Assembly (NCBI GenBank): GCA_963827505.1
Contig: CAWHBD010000001.1
Location: 1,286,663-1,350,662, forward strand
Source of the DNA: an uncultured Candidatus Rokubacteria bacterium
Lineage (GTDB): Bacteria; Methylomirabilota; Methylomirabilia; Rokubacteriales; CSP1-6
DNA length: 64,000 bases
Direction of reading: 5' to 3'
This document shows positions 1-9,237 of the stretch, one piece after another. The position numbers were made by a program, and so were the translations under genes. Position 1 is the stretch's first letter; every line of letters starts with the position of its first letter. The notes below the pieces were generated by a model that was given only the letters and a program-made list of their open reading frames with translations, did no database searches and was not told where the DNA came from.

Positions 1-1755
1 CACGACATCCCCCGGCGCGCCAACATGTTCGCCTGGGTGAAGCCGCTCCGGCCGGTCCCGCCCGAGCGCATCTTCGAGATCGGCGGGCGCATCACCGTCG
101 ACGGCACCGAGATCGAGCCGCTCGACGAAGCCGCTGTGCGCGCGGCGGCCCGCCGGCTTCGCCAGGCCGGTGTGGACTCGATCGCGGTCGTCTTCCTGCA
201 CAGCTACGCCAACCCCGCGCACGAGCGGCGCGCGCGCACACTGCTCGTCGAGGAGCATCCCGGCTGCGCGGTGTCGCTGTCGAGCGAGGTGCTGCCGGTC
301 TTCCGCGAGTTCGAGCGCTCGATGGGCACCGTGCTCAACGCTTACGTGCAGCCCCTGGTCGGGCGCTATGTGGGGCGCCTGGCCGAGCGGCTCACCGGGC
401 GGGGCATCCGGGCGCCGCTGTCGATCATGAAGTCCAACGGCGGCGTCATCGGCGCCGACGTCGTGCGGACCCAGGCGATCCACACCGCCCTGTCCGGCCC
501 CGCCGCCGGCGTGATCGGCGCGCGGCGGATCGGCGAGGCGGCCGGGTTTGACAATCTGATCTCCGTGGACGTGGGCGGCACCAGCGCGGACGTGTGCCTC
601 ATCCGCGGCGGCGAAGCCGAGGTGACGGTCGAGGGCCGCATCGGCAGCTGGCCGCTCCACGTGCCCATGATCGATATCCACACGATCGGCGCCGGCGGCG
701 GATCCATCGCGCGCGTCACCGAGGACGGCACCCTGACGGTGGGCCCCGAGAGCGCGGGGGCGCAGCCGGGGCCGGTGTGCTACGGCGCCGGCGGCGAGGA
801 GCCCACCGTCACCGACGCCCACCTCGTGCTGGGCCGCATTCCGGCGCACCTGCTGGGCGGCGAGATCGCTCTCGACGTCGACCTCGCTCGGCATGCGATC
901 GAGGAGCGGGTGGCTCGGCCGCTGGGCCTGCGCCTGGAGGCGGCCGCCCAGGGCATTCTCGACATCGTGAACAACAACATGGTGGGGGCGCTGCGGCTGG
1001 TCTCGGTCGAGCGGGGCTACGACCCGCGCGACTTCGTGCTGGTGCCCTTCGGCGGCGCCGGTCCCCTGCACGGCGCCGATCTGGCCGCGCTCCTCGCCAT
1101 GCCCACGATCGTCGTCCCCCGCCACCCCGGCGTGCTCTCGACGTTCGGGCTGCTCGGCACCGAGGTGCGCAACGACTACGCGCGCACAAGCCTGCAAAAG
1201 CCCCCCGACTACGACCTCGGCGCCATCGCCGCGGTGTACGCCGAGCTCGAGGGCCAGGCCCAGGCCTGGCTGGCCGCCGAGGGTGTGGCCGCCGCCGGCC
1301 GCCGGGTCACGCGCCTGGCCGACCTGCGCTATCGCCACCAGGGCTTCGAGCTGACGGTGCCCTGGCCCGAGCGCGATCTCGCGGTGGCCCCGTTGCTGGC
1401 GCGCTTCCACGAGCGCCACCGCCAGCTCTACACGTACGCGCTGGCCGAGGCGCCGGTCGAGATCGTCACGCTGCGCGTCGCCGCCGCCGGCCGCGTCCGG
1501 CGCTTCACCGTCCCGTCCCTCGCCCGCGGCGGCGCCCCGCGCGGGCGGCCGGCCCGGCGCCGCGTGTACTTCGCCGGCGCCGGCTGGACGGCCTGTCCGT
1601 GCATCGAGCGTGGCCGGTTGGGGGCGGGCGCCGTGGTGGCGGGCCCGGCGGTCGTCGAGCAGCTCGACGCGACGACCGTGGTGCCGCCCGGCCGGCGGGC
1701 CACCGTCGATCGCGCCGGCAATCTGGTGATCCGCGCGGGGCGGCGGGCGCGATGA
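1..1755 (+). CDS. hyuA: Hydantoinase/oxoprolinase A-family subunit (HyuA-like), 5' end outside the window
   Basis: Frame 1 is open from base 1. The translation carries hydantoinase_A hallmarks (DVGGTSADV, IGAGGGSIA, LVPFGGAGPLH). It is a paralog of 16502..18539. The stop TGA at 1753-1755 overlaps the next ATG. Confidence 0.85.
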   Translation, partial: HDIPRRANMFAWVKPLRPVPPERIFEIGGRITVDGTEIEPLDEAAVRAAARRLRQAGVDSIAVVFLHSYANPAHERRARTLLVEEHPGCAVSLSSEVLPVFREFERSMGTVLNAYVQPLVGRYVGRLAERLTGRGIRAPLSIMKSNGGVIGADVVRTQAIHTALSGPAAGVIGARRIGEAAGFDNLISVDVGGTSADVCLIRGGEAEVTVEGRIGSWPLHVPMIDIHTIGAGGGSIARVTEDGTLTVGPESAGAQPGPVCYGAGGEEPTVTDAHLVLGRIPAHLLGGEIALDVDLARHAIEERVARPLGLRLEAAAQGILDIVNNNMVGALRLVSVERGYDPRDFVLVPFGGAGPLHGADLAALLAMPTIVVPRHPGVLSTFGLLGTEVRNDYARTSLQKPPDYDLGAIAAVYAELEGQAQAWLAAEGVAAAGRRVTRLADLRYRHQGFELTVPWPERDLAVAPLLARFHERHRQLYTYALAEAPVEIVTLRVAAAGRVRRFTVPSLARGGAPRGRPARRRVYFAGAGWTACPCIERGRLGAGAVVAGPAVVEQLDATTVVPPGRRATVDRAGNLVIRAGRRAR

Positions 1756-3565
1756 GACGGTCGTCCCCTCCGCGCCGTCCCCGTGCCCTCGCTCCCGACC
1801 CGGTGACGCGGGAGATCATCCGCGGCGCTCTCCGGGCGGCGCAGACGCAGATGGAGGCGGTCATCGAGCGCACCGCGATGTCACCGTTCATCCGCGAGAA
1901 GAACGACTACTTCGCGGGCATCCTCGACGCGCGCGGCCGGGTGGTGTGCGGCACCATGGTGCCGCTCTTCGGCAATCTCACGCAGATCATCTTCGAGCAG
2001 TACCCGCCGGAGACGATGCGTCCCGGCGACCTCTACTGGTACAACGACTGCCACGGCTCGCACGGCGGCGTCTCCCACTCGCCGGACATGGTCTTCGCGG
2101 CCCCGGTGTTCCACCGCGGCCGGCTCGTGGCCTTCTCGCAGACGTGGGGTCACTTCTGGGACATCGGCGGTCTCCGGCCCGGCAGCATCTCGCCGGACGC
2201 GACCGAGATCTTTCACGAGGGAATCATCGTCCCCGCCATCCGCATCTACCGCGAGGGCGTGCTCAACGACGAGGCCTTCCGCATCTTCCTGCGCAACTCG
2301 CGCTTCCCGGACATCCTTCAGGGCGACATCCGCGCGGTGCTGGCCGGCTGCCGCCTGGGCGAGCGGCGCGTGCTCGAGCTGTTCGAGCGCTTCGGCGCCG
2401 ACACGGTGCTGGCGGCGTGGGCGCTCTTCGAGCAGCAGTGCCGCGACACCATCCGCAAGACGCTGGAGTCGCGGATCCCCGACGGGACCTACGAGAGCGA
2501 GGACGCGGTGGACGGCGACGGCATGAGCGGCCGATCCTTCCACGTCCGCATGCGCCTCACCAAGGAGGGCGGCCGGATCAGCCTCGACACCCGGGAGAGC
2601 GACGACCAGGCGCGGGGGCCGATCAACTTCATCATGCACGCCAGTGTCCCCAAGCTGATCGTGGGGATCTACCTCCTCGCCGGCCACCCGACGGTGCTGC
2701 TCAACGACGGTGCCCAGGACGCCATCGACGAGGTGCTGGTGCGGCCGGGGAGCATCCTGCAGCCCCACTGGCCGGCCGCGCTCGGCAACCGGGCCCACAC
2801 GCTGGCCCGGGTCCAGTCGAACGTGCTCGCCCTGCTCGCGCTGGCCACCGGCGGTGACGTCGCGGCGTCGAACTCGGTCTACAACATCTACTTCCTGCGC
2901 GGCTTCGACCAGCTCCGGAACGAGTTCTTCCTGTGCAGCGACGGAGTGGCGGTGGGCTACGGCGCCCGGCCGTTCGCCGACGGCCTCGACGCGATCTACT
3001 ACGTGGCGCAGAAGAACTATCCGGCCGAGTTCATGGAGATGGTGTTCCCGCTGCGCCTGCGCCGGTACGCGCTCCATCAGAACTCGGGCGGGCCCGGTCG
3101 CTTCCGCGGGGGACGGGCGTGATCCGGGAGCTCGAGCTGACCACCGACGAGGCCGTCGTGGCCATTCGGCAGGACAACATCCTGTTCCCGCCGGCCGGCG
3201 TGAACGGCGGCCACGCCGGCCGGCCGGGCTCCTGCATCGTCAACCCCGGCCGCCCCGACGAGCGCCGGCTGGCCCCGATGTCCGACGGCAACGTCCTGCG
3301 TCGCGGCGACGTGCTCCGGCTGGCGACCAGCGGCGGCGGGGGCTGGGGACATCCGTTCGACCGGCCGCTCGACCGCGTGCGCCAGGACGTGCTGGCCGGC
3401 GTCGTGTCGGTCGACGCGGCTGCCGGCGACTACGGTGTGGTCATCGACGCCGGGGGGACGGTCGACGGGCCCGGTTCGGAGGCACTACGCGCGGGCTCGC
3501 GGGGGCCGGTGCGGATGTTCCACCGCAACGGTTACTTCGGCCCGCTGGTGGAATCCGGCCGGTGA
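1752..3565 (+). pseudogene. hyuB: Hydantoinase B/oxoprolinase-family subunit (HyuB-like), one frameshift as sequenced
   Basis: ATG 1752 forms an ATGA overlap with hyuA. Frame 3 ends at TGA 3120-3122 directly after GGPGRFRGG. The conserved continuation GVIRELEL...GGGGWGHPFDR runs in frame 2 to 3565. The junction lies in the G5 run at 3108-3112. Total length is 3n+2. The paralog at 18539..20278 is uninterrupted through the same motif. Confidence 0.8.
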
Positions 3566-3579
3566 CGGCCGCCGGTCGC

Positions 3580-3609
3580 TTGCCTACTCCGACGGGCCTA
3601 CCGTACAAT
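3580..3609 (+). promoter_or_regulatory. Possible sigma70-type promoter TTGCCT-N18-TACAAT upstream of the substrate-binding protein gene
   Basis: TTGCCT is at 3580-3585 and TACAAT at 3604-3609, in the 86-nt gap between hyuB and the SBP gene. This is a pattern match only. Confidence 0.3.
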
Positions 3610-3651
3610 CCCGCCACATCGCAGGCCCGCAACGCCCCTGGGAGGCCGCCC

Positions 3652-5220
3652 ATGACCGACCGCCGCTCCTGGCTGATGCTCGCCCTCGCTCTGACCCTCG
3701 CGCTGACGGCGGCGCTCCCGTCGGCGGCGGTCGCGCAAACGCGCTTCGTGTTCGCCAACGAGAGCCCATACGACACGATGGACCCGCACGCGGCCTTCGA
3801 CGTCGGTCGGGTGGCGGTGCGCCTGAACCTCTACGACGGCCTCTACCGCTGGCTCGACAATCCGCCCAAGCTCGAGCCGTGGCTGGCCGAGAGCCACACG
3901 ATCTCCCCCGACGGGCTCACGTATACCTTCAAGCTGCGGCGGGGGGCCAAGTTCCACGACGGCTCCGAGATCACGGCCGAGGACGTGCGTTATTCCGCCG
4001 AGCGCATCCTCGCCCTGAAGAAGGGCGCGGCCGCGCTCCTGGCCACGATGATCGCGCCGGGCAGCACGAAGGCCGTCGATCGGAACACGGTCCAGTTCAC
4101 GCTCCTCAAGCCGTCGGCGATCTTCCTGGCCGTGGTGCCCGAGGTGCACGTCGTGAACGCCGCCCTCCTCAAGAAGAACGAGAAGGACGGTGACTGGGGC
4201 GCGACCTGGCTCACCAGCAACGACGCTGGCTCCGGCTCGTACATGCTCTCGCGCTACGATCCCGCCGTCGGGTTCATCGCCAAGCGGTTCCCCGGCCACT
4301 TCCTGCCGTGGGGGGCCAAGTACATCGACGAGATCGAGTTCCGGCTGGTCAAGGAAGACAACACGCGCGTGCTCGGCATGATCAAGGGTGACTACCAGGG
4401 CACCGGCGGCTACCTTCCCAACGACCAGGTCAAGCGCCTGCGCGAGGCCTCGAACGTCAAGATCCTCGAGCAGGAATCGATGCGGATCATGATGTTCCAG
4501 ATCAACAACCAGCGGGCCCCGCTCACCGACGTGCACGTGCGCCGCGCCATCAGCTACGCGTTCGACTACGACGGCTTCAACAAGGACATCCTGGGGGGCT
4601 CGGTCGAGCGCAACCCGGTGCCGATCCCCAACAACCTGTGGGGCGTCCCCCGCGACGTCAAGGGTTACAGCTACAACCTGGATCGGGCCAAGCAGGAGCT
4701 GAGCCAGGCCGGCGCCAAGGTCGACCGGCCGATCACGGTCGGATATCTGCAGGGGTTCAGCCAGACCGAGCAGGCGGCGACGGTGATGGCCAACGGCCTG
4801 CGCAAGCTCGGCCTCGAGACCAAGATGACCAGCGAGCTGTGGCCGGCCATGGTCGAGCGGATGAAGAAGCCGGAGACGTCGCCCGACCTGGTGGTGTACT
4901 GGATCAGCACCTACTACGCCGACCCCAACAACTGGATCGGCGAGATGTTCCACTCCGGTCAGTGGGGGACGTTCAAGGCGTCGAGCTTCTACAAGAACCC
5001 GCGGGTGGACGAGCTGCTCGACGTGGCGCTCAAGTCCACGGACCGCAAGGTGCGCGACAAGGCGTACCAGGACGCCGCCCGCATCGTGGTCGAGGACGCC
5101 GCCGGCGTGTGGATCTACAACACGAAGTACTTCGGGCCGTGGGCGAAGAATCTCGAGGGTATTCGCTTCAGCCCCATCGGCAATGGCCAGGAGATCCGCT
5201 GGCTGCACTACTCGAAATGA
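3652..5220 (+). CDS. ABC transporter substrate-binding protein, family 5 (peptide/nickel/opine type)
   Basis: ATG 3652 is preceded by GGGAGG. The N-terminal signal peptide is MTDRRSWLMLALALTLALTAALPSAAVAQ. The length is 522 aa with DppA/OppA-like sequence throughout. Confidence 0.9.
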   Translation: MTDRRSWLMLALALTLALTAALPSAAVAQTRFVFANESPYDTMDPHAAFDVGRVAVRLNLYDGLYRWLDNPPKLEPWLAESHTISPDGLTYTFKLRRGAKFHDGSEITAEDVRYSAERILALKKGAAALLATMIAPGSTKAVDRNTVQFTLLKPSAIFLAVVPEVHVVNAALLKKNEKDGDWGATWLTSNDAGSGSYMLSRYDPAVGFIAKRFPGHFLPWGAKYIDEIEFRLVKEDNTRVLGMIKGDYQGTGGYLPNDQVKRLREASNVKILEQESMRIMMFQINNQRAPLTDVHVRRAISYAFDYDGFNKDILGGSVERNPVPIPNNLWGVPRDVKGYSYNLDRAKQELSQAGAKVDRPITVGYLQGFSQTEQAATVMANGLRKLGLETKMTSELWPAMVERMKKPETSPDLVVYWISTYYADPNNWIGEMFHSGQWGTFKASSFYKNPRVDELLDVALKSTDRKVRDKAYQDAARIVVEDAAGVWIYNTKYFGPWAKNLEGIRFSPIGNGQEIRWLHYSK

Positions 5221-5221
5221 C

Positions 5222-5323
5222 CCGGAGGGGGGCTTCGCCCCCCTTCCGGCGGTCGTCGCGCGTCTGGTGACGCGCTCCTTCCTGCCTCCCCCCAGGATTC
5301 GGTTGCGCCGGCAAAGCCGGCGC
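5222..5323 (+). other. Two GC-rich hairpins between the SBP and permease genes (intra-operon attenuator/stabiliser candidates)
   Basis: The first is CCGGAGGGGGG-cttcg-CCCCCCTTCCGG at 5222-5249. The second is GCGCCGGC-aaa-GCCGGCGC at 5305-5323. Neither is followed by a T-tract. Confidence 0.35.
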
Positions 5324-5351
5324 TCGACATCCGCCTGAAAATACGTCGGCG

Positions 5352-6359
5352 ATGAGATTGCTCGCACTCGCACTACACCGGCTCGCCTGGTTCGTGCCGA
5401 CGTTGCTGGGCCTGCTCGTCGTGACGTTCTTCATCTCGCGCGTGATTCCGGCCGATCCGGTGGCGCTGGTGGCGGGGGAGACGGCGACGCCGGCCCAGGT
5501 GGAGGCGTTGCGGCGGCAGCTCGGGTACGACCGGCCGCTGCCCGTGCAGTTCGTCCAGTACGTCGGGCGACTGGCCCGCGGCGACATGGGCACCAGCATC
5601 TTCACCCGCCGGCCGATCGTGGAGGACCTCACGCACCGCCTGCCGGCCACGATCGAGCTGACCGTGGTGGCGATGGTCGTCTCCATCGTCATCGGCATTC
5701 CGCTCGGCGTGCTCTCGGCGCTCTGGCGCAACTCGCTGCTCGACCACGTCCTGCGAGTGGTGACGGTGTCGGGGCTGGCCATCGCCAGCTTCTGGCTGGG
5801 GATCATGCTGCAGCTCCTCTTCGCGATGCGGCTGGGCTGGACGCCGCTGAACGGGCGCCTGCAGGGGTTCCCGCCGCGGTCGATCACCGGCTTCTACCTG
5901 GTCGACGCCGCCCTCACCGGCGACTGGCCGACGTTCGCAGGTGCGGCGTGGCACCTGGTGCTGCCCGCGGCCACCCTCGCCTTCCCGGCGCTGGCCACGC
6001 TCGTGCGCTTCACCCGGGCTGGCGTCCTCGACGTGATGCAGTCGAACTTCGTCCTCTATCAGCGGGCCATGGGGTTGCCGCGCACCCTCATCGTCTGGAA
6101 GTACATGCTTCGCTCCGCGCTCACCTCGACGGTGACCCAGATCGGCCTCCTCTTCGGCATTCTCCTGGCCGGCGCCGTGGTGACGGAGGCCGTGTTCGAC
6201 TGGCCCGGCATCGGCACCTACGCGGTGAGCTCCATCCTCCGCTCCGACTACAACGCGGTGATGGGCTTCACCATCTGGGCGGGGGCGGTCTTCATCGTGG
6301 TCAACCTGCTCGTCGACGTCGCCCAGACCCTCGTCGACCCCCGGGAGCGCGCGACCTGA
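5352..6359 (+). CDS. ABC transporter permease (DppB/OppB-like)
   Basis: The product is 335 aa. The N-terminus LHRLAWFVPTLLGLLVVTFFISRVIPADP is typical of this family, with multiple hydrophobic segments. Confidence 0.9.
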   Translation: MRLLALALHRLAWFVPTLLGLLVVTFFISRVIPADPVALVAGETATPAQVEALRRQLGYDRPLPVQFVQYVGRLARGDMGTSIFTRRPIVEDLTHRLPATIELTVVAMVVSIVIGIPLGVLSALWRNSLLDHVLRVVTVSGLAIASFWLGIMLQLLFAMRLGWTPLNGRLQGFPPRSITGFYLVDAALTGDWPTFAGAAWHLVLPAATLAFPALATLVRFTRAGVLDVMQSNFVLYQRAMGLPRTLIVWKYMLRSALTSTVTQIGLLFGILLAGAVVTEAVFDWPGIGTYAVSSILRSDYNAVMGFTIWAGAVFIVVNLLVDVAQTLVDPRERAT

Positions 6360-6385
6360 ACCAATCGAAGGGGGCCTCGACTCAG

Positions 6386-7252
6386 TTGAACGCGGCAAGG
6401 TTCGTGTTGGCGAAACTGGCGAGGGACCGCTCGGCTCTCATCGGGCTCGTGCTGATCGCCGCGCTGGTGGTGTCGGCGTTGCTGGCGCCGGTGCTGGCCA
6501 CGCACCCGGACGACGTGTTCGAGCTGCACCCGGCCGAGCGGCTGAGAGCGCCCAGCGTCACTCATTGGTTGGGCACCGACAGGATGGGAGCAGACGTCTA
6601 CAGCCGCCTCCTGTTCGGGGCCCGCATCACGATCCTCATCGGCGTGATCGCGGTCGGCGCCTCGCTGCTCGTCGGCGTGCCGGTCGGGCTCGTGGCCGGC
6701 TACCATCACGGCTGGCTCAGCGACCTGCTGATGCGCGTGTCCGACATCTTCCTGGCGGTGCCGCAGGTGGTGCTGGCCATCGCGATCGCCCAGACGCTGG
6801 GCCCCTCGCTGCCCAACGTCATCCTCGCGCTCTCGGCCACCTACTGGCCGTGGTTCGCCCGGGTGGTGTACGCGGAGACGCGCACGCTCCAGAAGGAAGT
6901 GTTCGTGGAGAGCACGGCGGCGCTCGGCGCCTCGCCCTGGCGGCTGACCGTGCTGCACGTGCTGCCCAACATCGCCTCGCCGATCATCGTGCGCGCCTCG
7001 ATCGGCATGGGGTTCACCATCCTCACCGCCGCCGCCCTCGGCTTCCTCGGACTGGGGCCGCCGCCGCCCACCCCCGAGTGGGGCCGGACCATCGCCGAGT
7101 CGCGCGAGTTCCTGCCCGACGCGTGGTGGTACGCGGCGGCGCCGGGGCTGGCCATCTTCCTCACCGTGATGGGCTTCAACCTGCTCGGCGACGGCCTCCG
7201 CGACGTCCTCGACCCGCGGCTGCGCCGCAGCCGCACCGCCCGCGATGGCTGA
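6386..7252 (+). CDS. ABC transporter permease (DppC/OppC-like)
   Basis: The HWLGTDRMGADVYSRLLFGAR motif is present. There is no ATG, so TTG 6386 (GAAGGGGG upstream) was chosen, with GTG 6404 as the alternative. The 3' end overlaps the next gene by 8 nt. Confidence 0.85.
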   Translation: MNAARFVLAKLARDRSALIGLVLIAALVVSALLAPVLATHPDDVFELHPAERLRAPSVTHWLGTDRMGADVYSRLLFGARITILIGVIAVGASLLVGVPVGLVAGYHHGWLSDLLMRVSDIFLAVPQVVLAIAIAQTLGPSLPNVILALSATYWPWFARVVYAETRTLQKEVFVESTAALGASPWRLTVLHVLPNIASPIIVRASIGMGFTILTAAALGFLGLGPPPPTPEWGRTIAESREFLPDAWWYAAAPGLAIFLTVMGFNLLGDGLRDVLDPRLRRSRTARDG

Positions 7253-8267
7253 GCTCCTCGCCGTCCGCGGCCTGAGCGTCGACTTCGTCACCGATGGGGG
7301 GGTGGCGCAGGTGCTCGACGGCATCAGCCTCGACGTCGGCCCCGGCGAGGTCGTCGGCCTGGTCGGCGAGAGCGGGTGCGGCAAGACCACGCTGGCGCGC
7401 GCCATCCTCGGGATCCTGCCGGCCGGGCCGGCTCGCATTCGCGGCGGCGTGGTGCGCTTCAAGGGCACCGACCTCCTCGGCCAGGACCCCGCCGTGGTGA
7501 ATGACCGCGTGCGGGGCCGCGCCATCACCTTCATTCCCCAGGATCCCTCCACCTCGTTCAGCCCCGTCTTTCCCGTCGAGACCCAGATCATGGATCTCAT
7601 GAAGTGGAAGTCGCCGCGGGTGGCCAGCGGGGGTGGCCCGGGGACGTGGTCGGGCTACCCGCGGGAGCGCTACCGTGCCGACCGCGACGCCGTGCTGGAG
7701 ACGCTGCGGGCGGTCCAGATCCCCGAGCCCGCCCGGGCCCTGCGCCGGCTGCCCCACGAGTTCTCCGGCGGCCAGCGCCAGCGGCTGATGATCGCGATGG
7801 CGCTGCTGCCGCGTCCCGATCTGATCATCGCCGACGAGCCGACCACCTCGCTCGACGTGACGATCCAGGCCCAGATCCTCCGCCTCCTGCGCGAGCTGGT
7901 GAAGGAGCGCGGGGTCTCCGTCCTCTTCACCACCCACGACCTCGGCACCGCCCACGAGATCTGCGACCGGATCGTCGTGATGTACGCCGGCCAGGAGATG
8001 GAGGCGGCGCCGGCCGACGCGTTCTTCGGCAGGCCGGCCCACCCGTACACGCGGCGGCTCCTGGCCAGCGTCCCCACCGGCACCGGCGAGCTCCGCGATA
8101 TCCCGGGCGAGGTGCCGAGCCTCGTCGCCCCGCCGTCGGGCTGCCGCTTCCACCCGCGCTGCGAGGACGCCACGCCGGAGTGTCGCGCCGACCGGCCGGC
8201 GCCCCGCGCGCTGGCCCGCGATCACGACGTGCGCTGCCATCACCCGGTGGACGGATCCGGCCGGTGA
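7245..8267 (+). CDS. ABC transporter ATP-binding protein (DppD/OppD-like)
   Basis: Walker A is GESGCGKT, the signature is FSGGQRQR, Walker B is LIIADEPTTSLD, and a C-terminal oligopeptide-type extension is present. Confidence 0.9.
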   Translation: MAELLAVRGLSVDFVTDGGVAQVLDGISLDVGPGEVVGLVGESGCGKTTLARAILGILPAGPARIRGGVVRFKGTDLLGQDPAVVNDRVRGRAITFIPQDPSTSFSPVFPVETQIMDLMKWKSPRVASGGGPGTWSGYPRERYRADRDAVLETLRAVQIPEPARALRRLPHEFSGGQRQRLMIAMALLPRPDLIIADEPTTSLDVTIQAQILRLLRELVKERGVSVLFTTHDLGTAHEICDRIVVMYAGQEMEAAPADAFFGRPAHPYTRRLLASVPTGTGELRDIPGEVPSLVAPPSGCRFHPRCEDATPECRADRPAPRALARDHDVRCHHPVDGSGR

Positions 8268-9229
8268 GCGTCCCGCCGCCGCTCCTCGAGCTGGTCGACC
8301 TCACCCGGCACTTTCCCGTCCGCAACGCGTTCGGCCGGCGCACCGGCTGGATCCGGGCCGTCGACGGCGTCTCGCTCGCCGTGTGGCCGGGCGAGACGCT
8401 GGGTCTGGTGGGCGAGAGCGGCTGCGGCAAGTCGACGCTCGGCAAGACGGTCATGGGCATCCACGCTCCGACCGCCGGCGACATCCGCTTCGCCGGCCGC
8501 GAGATCGGCCGCCTGCCCCCGCCCGAGCGGCGCGCGATCGCCAAGCACCTGCAGTACGTCTACCAGGACCCCGGCGCCTCGCTCGATCCGCGCTGGAAGG
8601 TCGTCCACTCGCTTCACGAGCCCCTGAAGATCCACACGCGCCTCTCCCGGACCGAGCGCGAGGAGCAGGTGCGGGCGATCCTCGCCGCCGTCGGCCTGCC
8701 GGGCGCCCACCTGGATCTCTACCCGCACGAGCTGAGCGGCGGCCAGCAGCGCCGGGTCGGGCTCGCGCGGATCCTGACGCTGCGACCGCGGATGGTCATC
8801 CTCGACGAGCCGACCTCCGGGCTCGACGTGTCGGTCCAGGCCAGCGTCCTCAAGCTCTTTCGCAGCCTGCAAGAGACCTTCGCGCTCACCTACGTCTTCA
8901 TCTCGCACGACCTCGCCGTCGTCCGGGCCATGTGCGCCCGCATCGCCGTGATGTACCTGGGCCGGATCGTCGAGCTGGGCGAGACGGCCGTCGTCTTCGA
9001 GCAGCCGCGCCATCCCTACACGCGCTCGCTGCTGGCGGCGGTGCCGCGCATCGGCGGGCGCCGGATCACCCTCGACTTCGCCCTCGAGGGCGAGCCGCCC
9101 AACCCTCGCGACGTGCCGACCGGCTGCCGGTTCCGCACGCGCTGCCCGCTCGTGCAGGACGTGTGCGCCGCCGAAGAGCCGCCCCTGCGCACCGTCGAGG
9201 GCCGCCAGGTGGCCTGCCACTTCGCCTGA
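8264..9229 (+). CDS. ABC transporter ATP-binding protein (DppF/OppF-like)
   Basis: GTG 8264 forms a GTGA overlap with the previous stop. Motifs are GESGCGKST, LSGGQQRRV and VILDEPTSGLD. Confidence 0.9.
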   Translation: MSVPPPLLELVDLTRHFPVRNAFGRRTGWIRAVDGVSLAVWPGETLGLVGESGCGKSTLGKTVMGIHAPTAGDIRFAGREIGRLPPPERRAIAKHLQYVYQDPGASLDPRWKVVHSLHEPLKIHTRLSRTEREEQVRAILAAVGLPGAHLDLYPHELSGGQQRRVGLARILTLRPRMVILDEPTSGLDVSVQASVLKLFRSLQETFALTYVFISHDLAVVRAMCARIAVMYLGRIVELGETAVVFEQPRHPYTRSLLAAVPRIGGRRITLDFALEGEPPNPRDVPTGCRFRTRCPLVQDVCAAEEPPLRTVEGRQVACHFA

Positions 9230-9237
9230 GGCTGACG

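Noticed and set aside
1881-3077. A 398-aa ORF antisense to hyuB. Similar long antisense ORFs occur at 3598-5373, 16394-17800, 25202-26839, 37295-39268, 53805-55064 and 61113-63191.
   Set aside because: Their translations are Arg/Gly/Asp/His-rich low-complexity sequence with no motifs. Each lies exactly opposite a gene with clear family identity. Stop-poor antisense frames are expected at about 70% GC.
594-3122. An 842-aa ORF starting inside hyuA.
   Set aside because: The first 386 codons are the out-of-frame overlap with hyuA (Arg/Pro/Gly-rich). HyuB-like sequence begins at the ATG at 1752, which overlaps the hyuA stop.
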